Origin: Lobosporangium transversale | Taxonomy: Eukaryota | NCBI RefSeq assembly: GCF_002105155.1 | Contig: NW_019029006.1 | Span: forward strand, 310,001 to 374,000 | Reading direction: 5' to 3' | DNA: 64,000 bases | Shown here: positions 25,512 to 38,100 of the stretch, piece by piece | How the letters are laid out: the number at the start of each line of letters is the position of its first letter | Position numbering within the stretch: position 1 is the stretch's first letter | Notes under the pieces: generated by a model | What the model was told of the DNA's origin: nothing | Seen by the model: only the letters and a program-made list of their open reading frames with translations | The model's database searches: none | Position numbers and translations under genes: made by a program

Positions 25512-27076
25512 TTACAGCTTAGACTTGTTAGCCTTGAGGATGTCACCGAGCTTGGTGGCGAGCATGACCTGGCCCTTGACCTTGATCTGTCCAGACATGA
25601 ATAACTTCTGAGCATTGGCCTTGCCGGAGGCGAGGTCAACAAAGACATCGTCCTTTGTGGTAATCACAACATCAGCCTTTCCCTTTGCGGGGCCAGGACC
25701 AACAGATCCCTCACCATTCTTGAGATCGACATGGTAGGTCGCAGTCTTACCGGCTTCGTTAGTAAGCTCGAACTGGAAGACAGCCTTAACCTTTTTGACC
25801 TGAGCCTGGCGCTCAGCTGAAGACATGGCGTCAATTCCACTCTTGATCTGCTCAAAGGCAGCAGCCGACTTGAACTCGCTATCAGGGATAGGAGCGCCAG
25901 CGCCAGCGCCAGCAGGAGTGCTGGCGACAACATCAACGCCAGGCTGAGGCTCGCCCTCAGAGACATTCTCAAAGTTAGCCATGATGCTCTCCATCGATTC
26001 CTGAGTCGAATCTGGGTGGGTAGCACGTCCATCCTCAAAGTCGATGATCTTGGCCCACTTCTCTTTGATATGCTCAGGCAAAAGAGGTTTGTTGATGGGG
26101 AAGCCGTGACCTCCAGTGCGCTCCCAGCGGAGCTTGCCAATGAAACCAGCTCCGACCTCGAAGAGAGATCCATTCTCCTTGGTATCCTCGTGACAGAGAT
26201 AAGCGACCAATGGAGTGACCATCTCAGGCTTCAAGGAAGCGAGCATATCAGGAGGAAGAACTGTCTCAGTCATACGTGATGCTGCAATGGGTGCAATTAC
26301 GTTGCAGTGAATGTTGTCCTTCTTTCCCTCAAGGGCCAAGGTTCTGGTGAAACCGACGAGGGCCAACTTGGCAGCAGAGTAGTTGGCTTGACCTATAGTT
26401 TCACATGCACATGATCGAGGAAACAAAGAACAAAGGTCAGTGAAATGTTTTAGAGATCACAGTCTCATGATGATGTTGCCTCATATTGACTCCTTCCTCT
26501 TACCGAAGTTTCCGTAGATACCGGCAGCGGAAGCTGATACATAGAATCAGTATAAATTCGAACGTAAAGTTAGATTCTGGGACTTCATCAATAGAAAAAA
26601 GCACAAAGTTGATCAAAAGATGACATACTGGTGTTAATAACACGTCCAAACTTCTGCTTTCTGAAGATAGGCCATGCGGCCTTGGTGACCTTGTAAGCAC
26701 CATCGACGTGGACCCGGAAGATAGCATCCCATTGCTGGTCGGTCATGCGAGCGAATGAGACATCCTTGAGGATACCAGCGTTGTTGATGACGATGTCCAC
26801 ACGACCGAAGGCCTTCATGGCAGTCTCTATGATCTTGTCGCCATCCAAGACAGAATCGTAATTTGGAACGGCCTTGCCTCCAGCAGCACGGATCTCCTCC
26901 ACAACAACATCGGCAGCACGAGACGAGGCACCCTCGCCAGTGTGGGAGCCACCGAGATCGTTAACAACAACGGAAGCACCACGGGAGCCAAAGAAGAGGG
27001 CGTGGGAGCGACCGAGTCCACCACCAGCGCCAGTGACGATCACAACGCGTCCGTCGAAACGAAGAGTATCAGCCAT
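25512..27076 (-). CDS. Peroxisomal 3-hydroxyacyl-CoA dehydrogenase (MFE-2/HSD17B4-type SDR) fused to SCP2, PTS1 -SKL
   Basis: [39 protein letters not shown], a C-terminal SCP2 domain ([22 protein letters not shown]) and the terminus NKSKL. Confidence 0.92.
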
Positions 27077-27865
27077 TTGAGGTATTTGTGCTTTGAGTGT
27101 TACAGAGAGGAAGAAGAAATGAAGAAGATAAAAAAAGAAAAAGAAAGAAAAAAAAAGAAAAAAAAAGAAATTAAGAAAACTGAGATGAATGTAAAGAAGT
27201 GTGAAAAAAAAATACGTTCGCTTTATGATGGCTCGCTTCCCAATCAATTGAGTTGATGCATATTCCCCGTGGGGGAAGAAGAGACGTAATTTTATCACAT
27301 GCAAGGTGCATAAACATAAAGTCACTTCGAGCTGCCCACGAGGGACTCATCTCAAAGTCTAACCGAAATTATTTATAAACAAAAAGGAAAAGATGAACAC
27401 AAATAGCTTCAAATAGAAGATATTCAGCTCTTGAAGATGAATGAATGCCTTTCCTCAAGTGCGATCCTCAGCGTTAAATAAAGTATCCCTCTCTCTAGCT
27501 GTGTGTTCGATCTGACATACTTACTATATGATCGTTTCTCCGTAGCGCCATCTTCTCCGAGTAAAGGGATCTTCCTCACATGAGAGTGTAATAAAAGCGT
27601 CCAAAAAGCAAATTCTCTGATCAAAAAGGCACATTTACTGTTAAGATGATAGACAAGTCATAAATGGGGTGTACGGATGTGTTTTCTTTGGACATCGAGC
27701 GCTTGTACGGAAGTTCACGACTCACATGGTGGTAATGATCATGATAAAACATCAGATACTCAAAAAAACCCCATCACGGCCACTTATCCATGACATTGAG
27801 GTCCGAGACACTTTGTCCATAGAGTGCAGAAATAAACCCCATGTCCCTGAGGCACTTTGTTATCA

Positions 27866-27907
27866 AAAGAAAAGAAAAGAAAAGAAAAGAAAAGAAAAGA
27901 AAAAAGA
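27866..27907. repeat. (AAAAG)n pentanucleotide repeat
   Basis: Direct reading of the sequence. Confidence 0.85.
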
Positions 27908-29181
27908 ACCTATCCACCTATCCATGGCATCCACGCCTTCAATTTATATCCCGCTAAATACCATCCAGGCTTTGTCCATACATTCGATCAGCTCGGACGA
28001 CCGACTCAAAACCAATGTGTCAGGAACCGAAAATGATCCTATTAGCCATTTTGCATTTGATGCCACAGATTCCGTCTTTCAAGGCAGCGGCTGTCCGAGA
28101 GATCACTGGACAGCCCAGTAACTGGAATATTAACACTCGGGAAAACAACATGCTTCAACCTCTAGCAAGGACAGCCAGAGCACCCAGTGAAACCTTCTTG
28201 AATGCACCGTACTTTGTCTGCAGAACAACCCACATCCTTTTGGGACAATCTTCCCATCCAATCTTTGTGGTGGAAACCGAGGATGCTTCACAATGTGATA
28301 TAAGAGCTCCTTAACCAGTATTTAATGACATTACGAGCGATCATTAAAAGGACGATCGTTTGATCATTGTCATTCATTCACGCCTGCATGTCCTTTTCAT
28401 ATCCAAAAGAGATAAAGATGGAGCTATGCAACAATCCAGCTGATAATGAAGATGACCTAGAAATCAAGTGCCCACGATGCGATGAATCCTTCCCCGATGA
28501 TCATTCTTTCATGTCGCACCATCAGAAATACCGCACGCGCAGGATATACAGGCCGGGTTAGGCTCTTTGCTCATGCCAAGGAATCTCTATGGCATATTGC
28601 ACAGTTCAATACGAAGAAAATGTTTTCTTGATTCTCGATGAACTACAAATTTATCTTCTATAACCCTCTATAACCCTAGTTGTTTTTTCCTACTTCTGTT
28701 CCTTTTTTTATATATTTATTTATTTTTTGCTATTGAATTTTAACACAGCTTTGACCGAAGCCACAAGGAGTCACAGTCCTTAACGGTGCTATATGCGTCG
28801 AAAAGATATCATTGCAAATATAAACGAAAATCTTGATGTCTAGGCTGCCTTTGTCGCCCGTAGACTAGCACGAAGTATCAAACAAGGATAGGGCCCAGTT
28901 ACTTAAAAATGAAATCAAAGTCGTATTTATTTATTTATTTTTAATAGGAGTAATGAGTGTGGGTGAGTTGCCCCTTTATTTTATTTTATTTTATTTTTTA
29001 ATGAATAGATATTATATATATAATATTACAATGCAGGAGTGGGTATGAGACTAAGTACAATGTATGGTAGAAGGAAGTGATTAGGTTGTATAAAAATATT
29101 AGATTTTTTTTTTTTTTTTTTTTTAGAGGTTCATGTACCGTCCAAGAAATTGTGAACTAGGCTGGCGAAGCTAGGATTGGA

Positions 29182-29493
29182 TTAGGCTTCTTGGTCGAGA
29201 TTCATGACAGGACGGTAAATGTGGTTGGCAAAATTAGCTTCTTGATCGTCTTTGACTTTAGCGATGTCCTCCTCCAAGTTCACAACTGTGAGGTGACGAC
29301 CGATTCCCCAACTGGCTTCTGGCTCTTTGTCCATGACTGAGAGATGACGATCGCTGCCAGCAAACTGAGCCTCTGGCTCCAACTTCATAGCAGGAAGGTT
29401 GCGACCGAAACCATATGCTTCATGTGTGATAGGTAGTGCCTGGACAGCGGTGATGATGAGGACAAGTCCGGCGAGATATGTTTGAGCCTTCAT
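29182..29493 (-). CDS. Small secreted repeat-containing peptide precursor (103 aa)
   Basis: Signal peptide MKAQTYLAGLVLIITAVQA-LP followed by four imperfect repeats, each opening with EA. A TATA box lies upstream and an AT-rich region downstream. Confidence 0.75.
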   Translation of the reverse strand: MKAQTYLAGLVLIITAVQALPITHEAYGFGRNLPAMKLEPEAQFAGSDRHLSVMDKEPEASWGIGRHLTVVNLEEDIAKVKDDQEANFANHIYRPVMNLDQEA

Positions 29494-29651
29494 TAATATT
29501 ATTAGTATTATTGGTTTGTGTTGGAGGGATACGAAAGATGACTTTTGAAGTTGAGGGGACCCAGGAATAGGAGAGGAGCGAAGGGTAGGAGGGTTCGAGG
29601 GCTTTGAGATGTGCGAGTAATTCTCTTCTTTAATGGGTGATCACCGAGGTA

Positions 29652-29657
29652 TTTATA
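29652..29657 (-). promoter_or_regulatory. Probable TATA box of the peptide-precursor gene
   Basis: TATAAA on the minus strand about 160 nt upstream of the ATG, followed by the perfect palindrome GGTGATCACC (29636-29645) and a pyrimidine-rich leader. Confidence 0.45.
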
Positions 29658-31120
29658 TTTGTCCTACAAGGGAAGAGGCATTCGAAAAAGCCGCGGATGA
29701 CCTGAACCTTTGATAATCAGTCAGATAGCTCGTTCAGCTCATAGAACTTCGTGCCTGAAGCTTGCTCTTGCCATCGTGTCGTGTGTTACCCTTCGGGGGG
29801 TACACAAGGATACAATGGATCGAGATGTCTCGCATCGTCGGTTTCGGTTTCTGATAAACATGTCAATGCCTTTGCATGGTGTAGTGGCGATACGTGAGTT
29901 ATATCGCTATTTATCAATTAATTTTTTTTTCCGCCAATACCGGAGAATATCCAATGTTTCCCTTGAGCCTCCTTACGGTGTCACATTCTCTCTTTTGCGG
30001 GGCACGGTTCCCTTGAATTGTGCTATTCCAATACAAAGATGATAGTGAGAGTAAAACCTAAAATTGATCTGAGCGCGGACACTTTACATTTAGACCAACG
30101 TCCTTATCCTTTGATGCCAACTACCTGTCCATTTCAACCAATAGCAATCATCTACAGGCACCAAACCGCATGCTGCAGGTCTCCCAATGATCATTCGATT
30201 TTTCTTTATCTAAAATATTAGAAATAATTGATTACTTTTGTACGCCTGTATTGTCTTTGATGGTGTACAGAGTTACGACATCCAATCTTTTCTAGGGAGG
30301 AGGAAAAAGTAGAATAGAAACAAGCTTATTCAGAATAATAAAAGAATGAGACACTAATTAGGGCTTTTCGATTCAAAGAGGGAAAAAAAAAAAATAAGAA
30401 AAATAAAGCCATTGGATTACTTGTGAATAAAACATTCAATTAACCCTGATGGAACCACGTTTTTTTTTTTTTTTTTTTGTAAGGATGTCTCATATCTTTG
30501 TCATCATTGAGAGAAAAGTGACCAACTTTCTGAATTTTTCAGATCTCGAACATTTCCGATCTATGTGTATGATATTCAAAATGTGTAACTTGTTGCGCGT
30601 ATTGTTTTTTTTTTTTTTTTTTTTTTTTTTGGCTTTCTCTTATCAATTATACATCTCTTTTAGTCATCGATCCGTATTCAGGATAATGTTAATAACAAAG
30701 CGGATGTAATAGATCATATTGTTTGATATCTACAAGTCCATTTTTTTTATTGTTTTTTTTTTCTTTTTTTTTTTTCCTCTTTTTTCAGAAGTGAGAGAAG
30801 GCAAACGCCTCAAATATATTAATGTTCTCTCATTCATGCCCAATCCTTTTTTTTTTTTTTTTTTTTTTTAATGTGTCTGATATTAAGACATACAAGATAA
30901 AAGAGATTAAAAAAATATTTTTTTAAGAAAAAAAAAAAAAAAAAAAGAAAAAGAAAAAAAGAAAAGAAAAAAGGAAAATAAAAAGAAAAAAAAAAAAAAA
31001 AAAGAGTGAATATGTTACGATGCGAGCGACAAAATAGTATGAGCTGAAAAATTAGGTGGAAAGAAAGAAAGAAAGAGTACAGGAACAGTTAGTATAAATT
31101 TTTTAAAAAAGTCTTTCTAT

Positions 31121-32437
31121 TTAATCATCGTCGAAGCTGCCGCGGCGCCATCCCGGCGAAGAGGTTCGACGGACTTCAAAGCTTTGTTGCGGTGCACTTG
31201 GGTTACGACGAAGTCCCGCTGCATTTACCATATCGTCATCGTCGCTGTCTGGGTTCATGACACGTAAATTCCTAAAAAACCAATTGTATAATAAGGAAGG
31301 CGAGAGAGTTAGACGGCGAATGCCCATAATCTTGTATAATATATACAAAAAAAAAAAAAAAAAAAAAAAAAACTTACGAGACTTTCGAGATTGGTGGCAA
31401 CGCCGGTTGGATCATGCCGGTGTATTGTGGCAAAGCAGCTTCCATATATGTATCTGATTGTGTATCCCTGTACTTGAATTCATCCAGGTCTCCTGCCTCG
31501 TGCGCTCGGTCTCTTCTTCTACGCCTCCATACATAACCCGCCACAGACAAGGCCACGATCAGTGCAATTATTGACACAACAATTCCTGCAACGGCCCCAG
31601 ATGACAAATTACTATTCACATGACCACTTGAGATCTTGTCACCCGCCGTAGGGTTACTGTCGATTGATGTTGGGATAGTTGCGCCTCCATTGCCGCCACT
31701 GCCGATGGTGGCTGTAGTCGCGGTTGTAGTAGTCGTTGGGGCAGCCGCCGTTGTTGAGGAGGAAGGAAAGTAAATTTCCTGCCATTTTTGACCAAACGAA
31801 AGACAGACAAGCTCATATCCTTTCTGATCTTTGACACTGTAATGAGCAGATTCAGACGATTGACACTTTAAACAACCAACCATCTAATGGATTGAACCGC
31901 GAATAATAACAAGTTAGCTTAACCATAATAACAAAAAAAAAAAAAAAAAAAAAAAGCAAAAGTTAAATGACTGTAGAGACAACAGTCGAGTAAGAAAAAG
32001 AAAAAAAAAAAAAAAAAAAAAAGGCGTACCTGATCATAATAGTTTTGGTTACATGCACAAGGAGCCTGTTCCAAAGTAGGCCTTATAACATAGAAAAATG
32101 AACAAAAACAAGCAAGCATGTTAATTGACTTTTATCAAAGTATGTCTTTTTCGACTGTTATTAGAACAGCAAAATAAAAAAATAAAAAATAAAAAATAAA
32201 TAAAAAAAAAACAATCACTTACTGGTAAACAAGGACCCCTGGCCAGGTTTCCATTTTCAATTCAGTATTACATGGTTTGAGAATAGCGTCTGCATTCCCG
32301 CAGTTTGGACAAGAATCTACAGCCTCGGCTCTCCCGATTGCAACAGATAGAAGAAGGACAACTGAGAAGAAGGCGATAGCCCAAGAGGATCTTGTTTGTC
32401 GCAGACGAAACGACGCAAAACTGTTGTTTGTCGCCAT
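31121..32437 (-). CDS. Type I single-pass membrane protein: signal peptide, 8-Cys CFEM-like ectodomain, S/T stalk, TM helix, cytoplasmic tail (4 exons)
   Basis: Exons 32437-32223, 32081-32030, 31883-31378 and 31271-31121 splice in phase. The TM LSSGAVAGIVVSIIALIVALSVAGYVW is followed by RRRRR, and the tail contains LPQY. Confidence 0.85.
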
Positions 32438-33149
32438 TAATCAGTTCTTTGTCTTTATCTGTATGTATTTATATGTTTATGACTGTGTATAGATCTGTCG
32501 TTTAAAATCCTGAAAAGGCGTGCTTATTCTTGAGGTTAACCAATGCTGATTGATCGAACGCAGGGTCGAGTCAAGGTCGAGTCGAGGTCGAGACGAATAG
32601 GGTAAAAAAGACTAAAGTGTGGAAAGTAGTCGTACTGGAATCAAAATGCAACTGGTGCCTGTTTTGCTGGTTGATGTAAACAAACAAAAAGATCAAAGGA
32701 ATAGAAGGATAATTAGAATCAGATTGGCTATTGGAAAAGATGAGGAGATACAGGAGATTTGAGAAAAGGGACAGGTAAATGAAAAGAAAAAGTGAAAAGT
32801 AGGAAAGGAAGAATGATGTGAGAGTGAGGCTGGGTGAAAGAGGGGGAAGATGGGAGGAAATGTGAGGCTACAGCGTAGAGGAAAAAGAAAAAAAAAGAAA
32901 AAGAGAAAAGAAAGGAAAAGGAGAAAGAGAGAGAGAGGATGACGCGGGGAGGGATATCTGTTTGGATGGTTGCGGGTGCAGAGGGGGGGACTGAGCAGTT
33001 CCTTATCCTTGCAGAACATGAAACACATCCAAATAATAAAAGCAATAGTGATAATAGAAAAACCATCGTGGAACAGATAATTTTGGTATGAGATTGGAAC
33101 CATCATCACACACTCTTTCTCACCCTCTTTACTTTACCCCATGTATGTT

Positions 33150-33216
33150 TATATATATATATATATATATATACTCGTATATTTAATACATACACACACA
33201 CACACACACATTCATT

Positions 33217-33250
<34 letters not shown>
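33150..33250. repeat. Compound (TA)n/(CA)n microsatellite
   Basis: Direct reading of the sequence. Confidence 0.9.
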
Positions 33251-33251
<1 letters not shown>

Positions 33252-33625
33252 TCATACACTTGCAATGTGAATTGCTTGACAATCTGTTCTCATCCAAACA
33301 ACATCAATCGACCAAATAAAATATATTCCAAACGCATCCACTGTGCCACATATTCGGGAATTGATGCATAGGATGGTCCGAGCACGTAATGAGCTCTGGT
33401 GTGTTTGCTGTAGGTGTGGTGTTTAGTTATTCTAGGTTATCCGAGGAGGATCAATGACGATACGACAAACATTTGAGAGCATACACATAATACATCATTT
33501 CCTTCTCTCTCTTTCTTTTTGATACGATTGGATATTGTCTGTCTCCATGTGTTTAGTTGTAGTGTGATTGTTGTACGATGGCATCAATGGTGACATAAGA
33601 CAGGGACAACAATGCCCTTCAAAAG

Positions 33626-33658
<33 letters not shown>

Positions 33659-34887
33659 CCACTGTCTAAAGAATAATACACAGCCGGAAGTGAGAAGTGT
33701 GCAAAAAGGCAATGCGATCCAATGAAAAAAAAAAAAAAATGGTAATTGTAAAGAGTGAGAAGTTGTGGTTTCAAAAAGTGTGCAAGTGATGAGTACGCGA
33801 GTTTGAAGAGCAAAAGATAATCGGTCAAGGATGAAAGGATTGTTGAAGAGTGAGAGAGTGGACATACAGATTTAGCCCAGAAGGAAAGGCAGAGAGAGGA
33901 GTGCCGCACGCGTGTGAAAGGAGAAGAGACGAATCAAATAATAAGAATGATTGGAAGAGGTGAGGTAGATTCAAAACGAATGAGTGAAATGTATGTGGAG
34001 AGGAGGTGGGGGGGGGGGGGGTAGTGGGTTGAAGGAGAAAGAATTGAGAGAGTGAATCTGTAATTGTAAAAGAATAAATAGAGAAGTGTTAGGAAACAGG
34101 AAAGAGATGGAAAGAAAAAAAAAAAAAGAAAAATGGGCGTAATTGTTGACTTTTTCTTTGCATTGCGTATTGAGGTCTGGCTGAAAACCCAAACAGACCA
34201 AAAGTAACAAACAAGAAGAGATGATTTAACACACGCTTGATGGGTTTCATGGCTTTCAAGCAACCTCAATCGGCGCTGCTATTTTTAAATAATAATAAAG
34301 AAAAAAAAAAAAAAAAGCACCACAATCACAATCATTCATGAACAATGGGGGGACATCTGTGCCAATTGTCATCATCGTTGTCGTTTTTGTTTTAGTCCCA
34401 AAAAAAAAAAAAAAAAAAAAAAAAAGTGATCAGTGTTCGTTCCTGTTACTCTACTCTATTCATTCTACCAAAAGATGATTAGTTGATTATTGATTAAGCA
34501 TAATTGGAATGTTCATGTGAGACCTTGTCTTTCATTATTTAATATCGCTTAGAGTCAATTGACGTTTCTATATTTTCATTCATTCCCACACTTCTACCCA
34601 CATCCACACACCTCACCAGGAGTAAACATGTATATAAACTTGTAGCTTCTATCTCGCACTGCACACATGAACTTTGTATAATATATATATATACATTTAT
34701 AATAATAATTATAGATTTGTCAAACATTAACCACCAAGCAAATTGCATATATATAATATATAGTATACACATACACATACACATACACATGAATACTAAA
34801 ACAGTGAACACGAAGAAAATAAATGTACGCTCATCTTTCAATCCTTTCAATCTCTAGATTGTCCCGAAAAGGAACAACCACCGCGCA

Positions 34888-34955
34888 ATGTGCGCTAGAT
34901 GTGTGCTAGATGTGTGCTACGTGTGTGTGTGATGTGCGCCATGTGTGCGTGTGCT
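34888..34955. repeat. Short 11-bp tandem repeat ATGTG(C/T)GCTAG, about 3 copies, decaying into GT repeats
   Basis: atgtgcgctag-atgtgtgctag-atgtgtgctac. Confidence 0.7.
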
Positions 34956-35558
34956 CATTTGTGATTCATGCGCATCACGTCTCGGCTGTAGAGGAAGACC
35001 CTTTTTTTTTTTCTTTTTTCTTTTTTTTGCACTGCCGTTAAAAAATGCTTTCGTTCTCTGTTTAAATATAATCACTGAAATCACTCCTTCCCTTTAGCTC
35101 AGGTCCTTCCTCGTCTTCATTCCAACCGCACATGCCTCCGTGATAAGGATCTTTTTTTTTTTTTTTTTAAAGAAAAGTGATTATAGATTGTGCAACAGAG
35201 ACTTGTCCTTTCTCCTTTTTTTTTTTTTTTTTTTGGCACATAAAATTTTAATGTTGAAAAAGATGGAAATATCAATTGTCAATAGGCTCTTCAACATGTT
35301 TGTGTCTCTGGACAGAATGGGATGAGATAAGCAAGCAAACTTTCGTACCTTCATACAGATCTCCGATTCCAACTCAAAATGATTAAAAAGACCCTGGGCT
35401 TCTGCTCCAGACACTAAGAGGGAAAAAAAAAAAAAAAAAAAAACCGCGCATGAAGATGCTCTTGGACTGACAGGGAGTGTTATTATACTTTTTTTTTTTT
35501 TTTTTTTTTTTTGAATGCAAGAGTTATCACACGATACAGATGATACATTCACATGAAA

Positions 35559-35593
<35 letters not shown>

Positions 35594-35714
35594 CTGTTAC
35601 AAATCCATGGACAGACATGCGTGTACTTTTTTTTTATTTTTTATTCTCTTTTTTTTTTTTTTTTTTTCTTTTTGCAGCTTTCCATCAAGTGTTCTATTTA
35701 AATGATTAAAGAGC

Positions 35715-35904
35715 CTAGATCTTTTCATAATCCAACTTGCCCTCAAGCTTCTTAGCATCCGCTACCTTACGAACAGCCTTCATAAAATCTTCCTGGACAA
35801 CATAGTCTCGTTCCTCACGAATCGCAAACATGCCTGCCTCTGTGCAAATGTTGCGGATATCTGCGCCATTGAAGCCGTCTGACAGTTTAACCACTGCTTC
35901 GTAA

Positions 35905-35947
<43 letters not shown>

Positions 35948-37244
35948 TTTTTTTGAAAGAAATAATCCCGTCAGAACAAACGGCGTAGAGAAGGTATTTA
36001 AACAAAAAAAAAAAAAAAAAAAAAAAAACTTACCAATTTCACCTTGCTTCGTAATACCAAGTGCGTGAATCTTCAAAATCTCCATTCTTCCCTGCTCATT
36101 AGGCAATGGAATCTCAATCTTACGATCCAAACGTCCAGGTCTCAACAGCGCAGGATCCAATGTATCAGGACGGTTTGTGGCCATGATCAGCTTTGTTTGT
36201 CCCAAATGATCAAACCCATCCATTTGGTTCAACAACTCCATCAGCGTACGTTGAATCTCACGATCCGAGGAACTTCCTTCTGAAAAACGCCTTCCTCCAA
36301 TCGCATCAATTTCGTCCATGAAGATAATGCATGGCTCGTGTTCCCTGGCATATGCTAAAAAAGATCAAATTTTAAAAATAATAATAACAATAATAATAAT
36401 AATATGTACAATGAACATCAAAGCACAAACAAACATGTTAGATCTAAAATGAAGGCTATTGGAAACGAAAGCTGGGCTTCTTGCTTCACACGTTTCGTTC
36501 GAATGCAATAAGTTTCCTCGTCCTTACCAAACATTTCTCTGACAACCCTAGCACTCTCTCCGATATACTTGTCAACAATGGCAGATGAGACAACCTTCAA
36601 AAAGTTGGTTTCCAGAGTACTTGCGACAGCACGGGCCAGCAAAGTCTTACCAGTTCCCGGAGGTCCGTACAATAACACTCCCTTAGGAGGCTTGATTCCC
36701 ACACGTACAAACAGCTCAGGGTTCATCAATGGAAGCTCAATAACCTAGCCATTTGTTTCATCAAACGCGTAGAGCGAAACATCAATGAGCAAAATAATTT
36801 GAATGAAAGCTTTTTTTTTTTTATGAGGAAAAAAAAAGACTCACCTCACGAAGTTCTCTGATCTGCTCACTAAGACCTCCGATACCTGCAAAACTGATGG
36901 ATCCAGGATCTTCCATACCCATGCTGTAGACCATAGGGTCAACCTCTCGTGGAAGCATCCTCATGATCGTGAACGTAGTCATATCTAGCGCAACACGGGT
37001 TCCCAATTTCAACTTTGACTTATCCAACTTATTTCTACATCCAACCACATAACGAGGTCCACTCGCAGCTTTGATGATAACTAGTAGGCAGGTTATGAGC
37101 AAAAAAAAAAAAAAAGTCAATAATCATATCAAGAGACCTTTTTTTTTTTTTTTACTCATATTGATTGAAAGATAAAGCTTCTGCATACAACATTCTTTTT
37201 ACATGAAGATGCTCTTTTCATCCATGGAAATGATTATAAACAAG

Positions 37245-37275
<31 letters not shown>

Positions 37276-37773
37276 GTATATATAAAAAAAGAAAGAGGGA
37301 AAAAAAGGCAAACTCAACGCAAGCTTATTACTTACACCGATCCTCATCCAGCTGCTTCAAAACTGATCCGATAATTTGGCCCACACTCTGAAGTGCCTTG
37401 ATATCGTCCTCTGACTTGTCAAAAGCACGTTCTAAATCCCTGAGACCCAAGCGCACTTTTATGTGGATATGGGAATGTTATTAGGATGATAATGAAGAGA
37501 CAAAAGTATTAGTTTCCATTGATCTGCTATCTCTCATCATTCTTCCCTTTGTATCCATAACAGCTTTTTTCATTTAAAGAACATAATAAAGAGCCTTGTA
37601 GCTCAATGCCTTGCAGTCGCTTGGGTGGCCACAACAGGGAGTATCAGTAAAAACATACAATCTTTAAGCTTGGCCTCCATTTCACGATGCTCCAGCAGCT
37701 TCTTGCGGTAGTTGTTGAGGGCAGTCGTTCTGGGGTCGTCTGGGTTTGTTTGGGATACAGATGTCGATGCCAT
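35715..37773 (-). CDS. RPT4: 26S proteasome AAA ATPase subunit Rpt4 (PSMC6)
   Basis: [61 protein letters not shown] and [15 protein letters not shown]. Confidence 0.96.
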
Positions 37774-37984
37774 TGTGCTTTATATTTTTTTTCTCCTGTT
37801 CTCTTTTCCTTTTTTTTTTTTTTTTTTTTTCGTTTACTAATAAAGCTGTGAATGAGCTTGTTAATGGCAAGTTGAATGAGTAAGGTAAAAAGGCAAATAA
37901 TGTGAAATCTTCATTTAGTTGAAGTTTTTTGCATGTCAAGTACGCGTATCCTCATTATGAGATGTAGCTCAAAAGTCGCTAAAA

Positions 37985-38010
37985 TTACGTCACATATATA
38001 TATGACGTAA
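37985..38010. promoter_or_regulatory. Inverted pair of CRE/ATF-type sites flanking a TA run in the RPT4/RPS11 bidirectional promoter
   Basis: TTACGTCA-CATATATATA-TGACGTAA, with ACGCGT (~37942) and CACGTG (~38027) nearby. Confidence 0.55.
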
Positions 38011-38100
38011 GCAGGTATCTAGGTACACGTGCGAAATCGGCTCATAATAACAAGTCTAGACTGCACTGTGTTGAAAATCCTTTTTAACCAATTTCCCATC

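Noticed and set aside
28367..28561. CPRC...F...H zinc-finger-like fragment
   Set aside because: Short and isolated, with no convincing gene model.
32563..32594. GGTCGAGTC(A/G)A short tandem repeats upstream of the receptor-like gene
   Set aside because: Only about three copies with no spacers. Not CRISPR-like, and no function can be supported.
32693..35701. Many Phe/Lys-rich ORFs
   Set aside because: Translations of poly(T)/poly(A) and CT-rich non-coding DNA.
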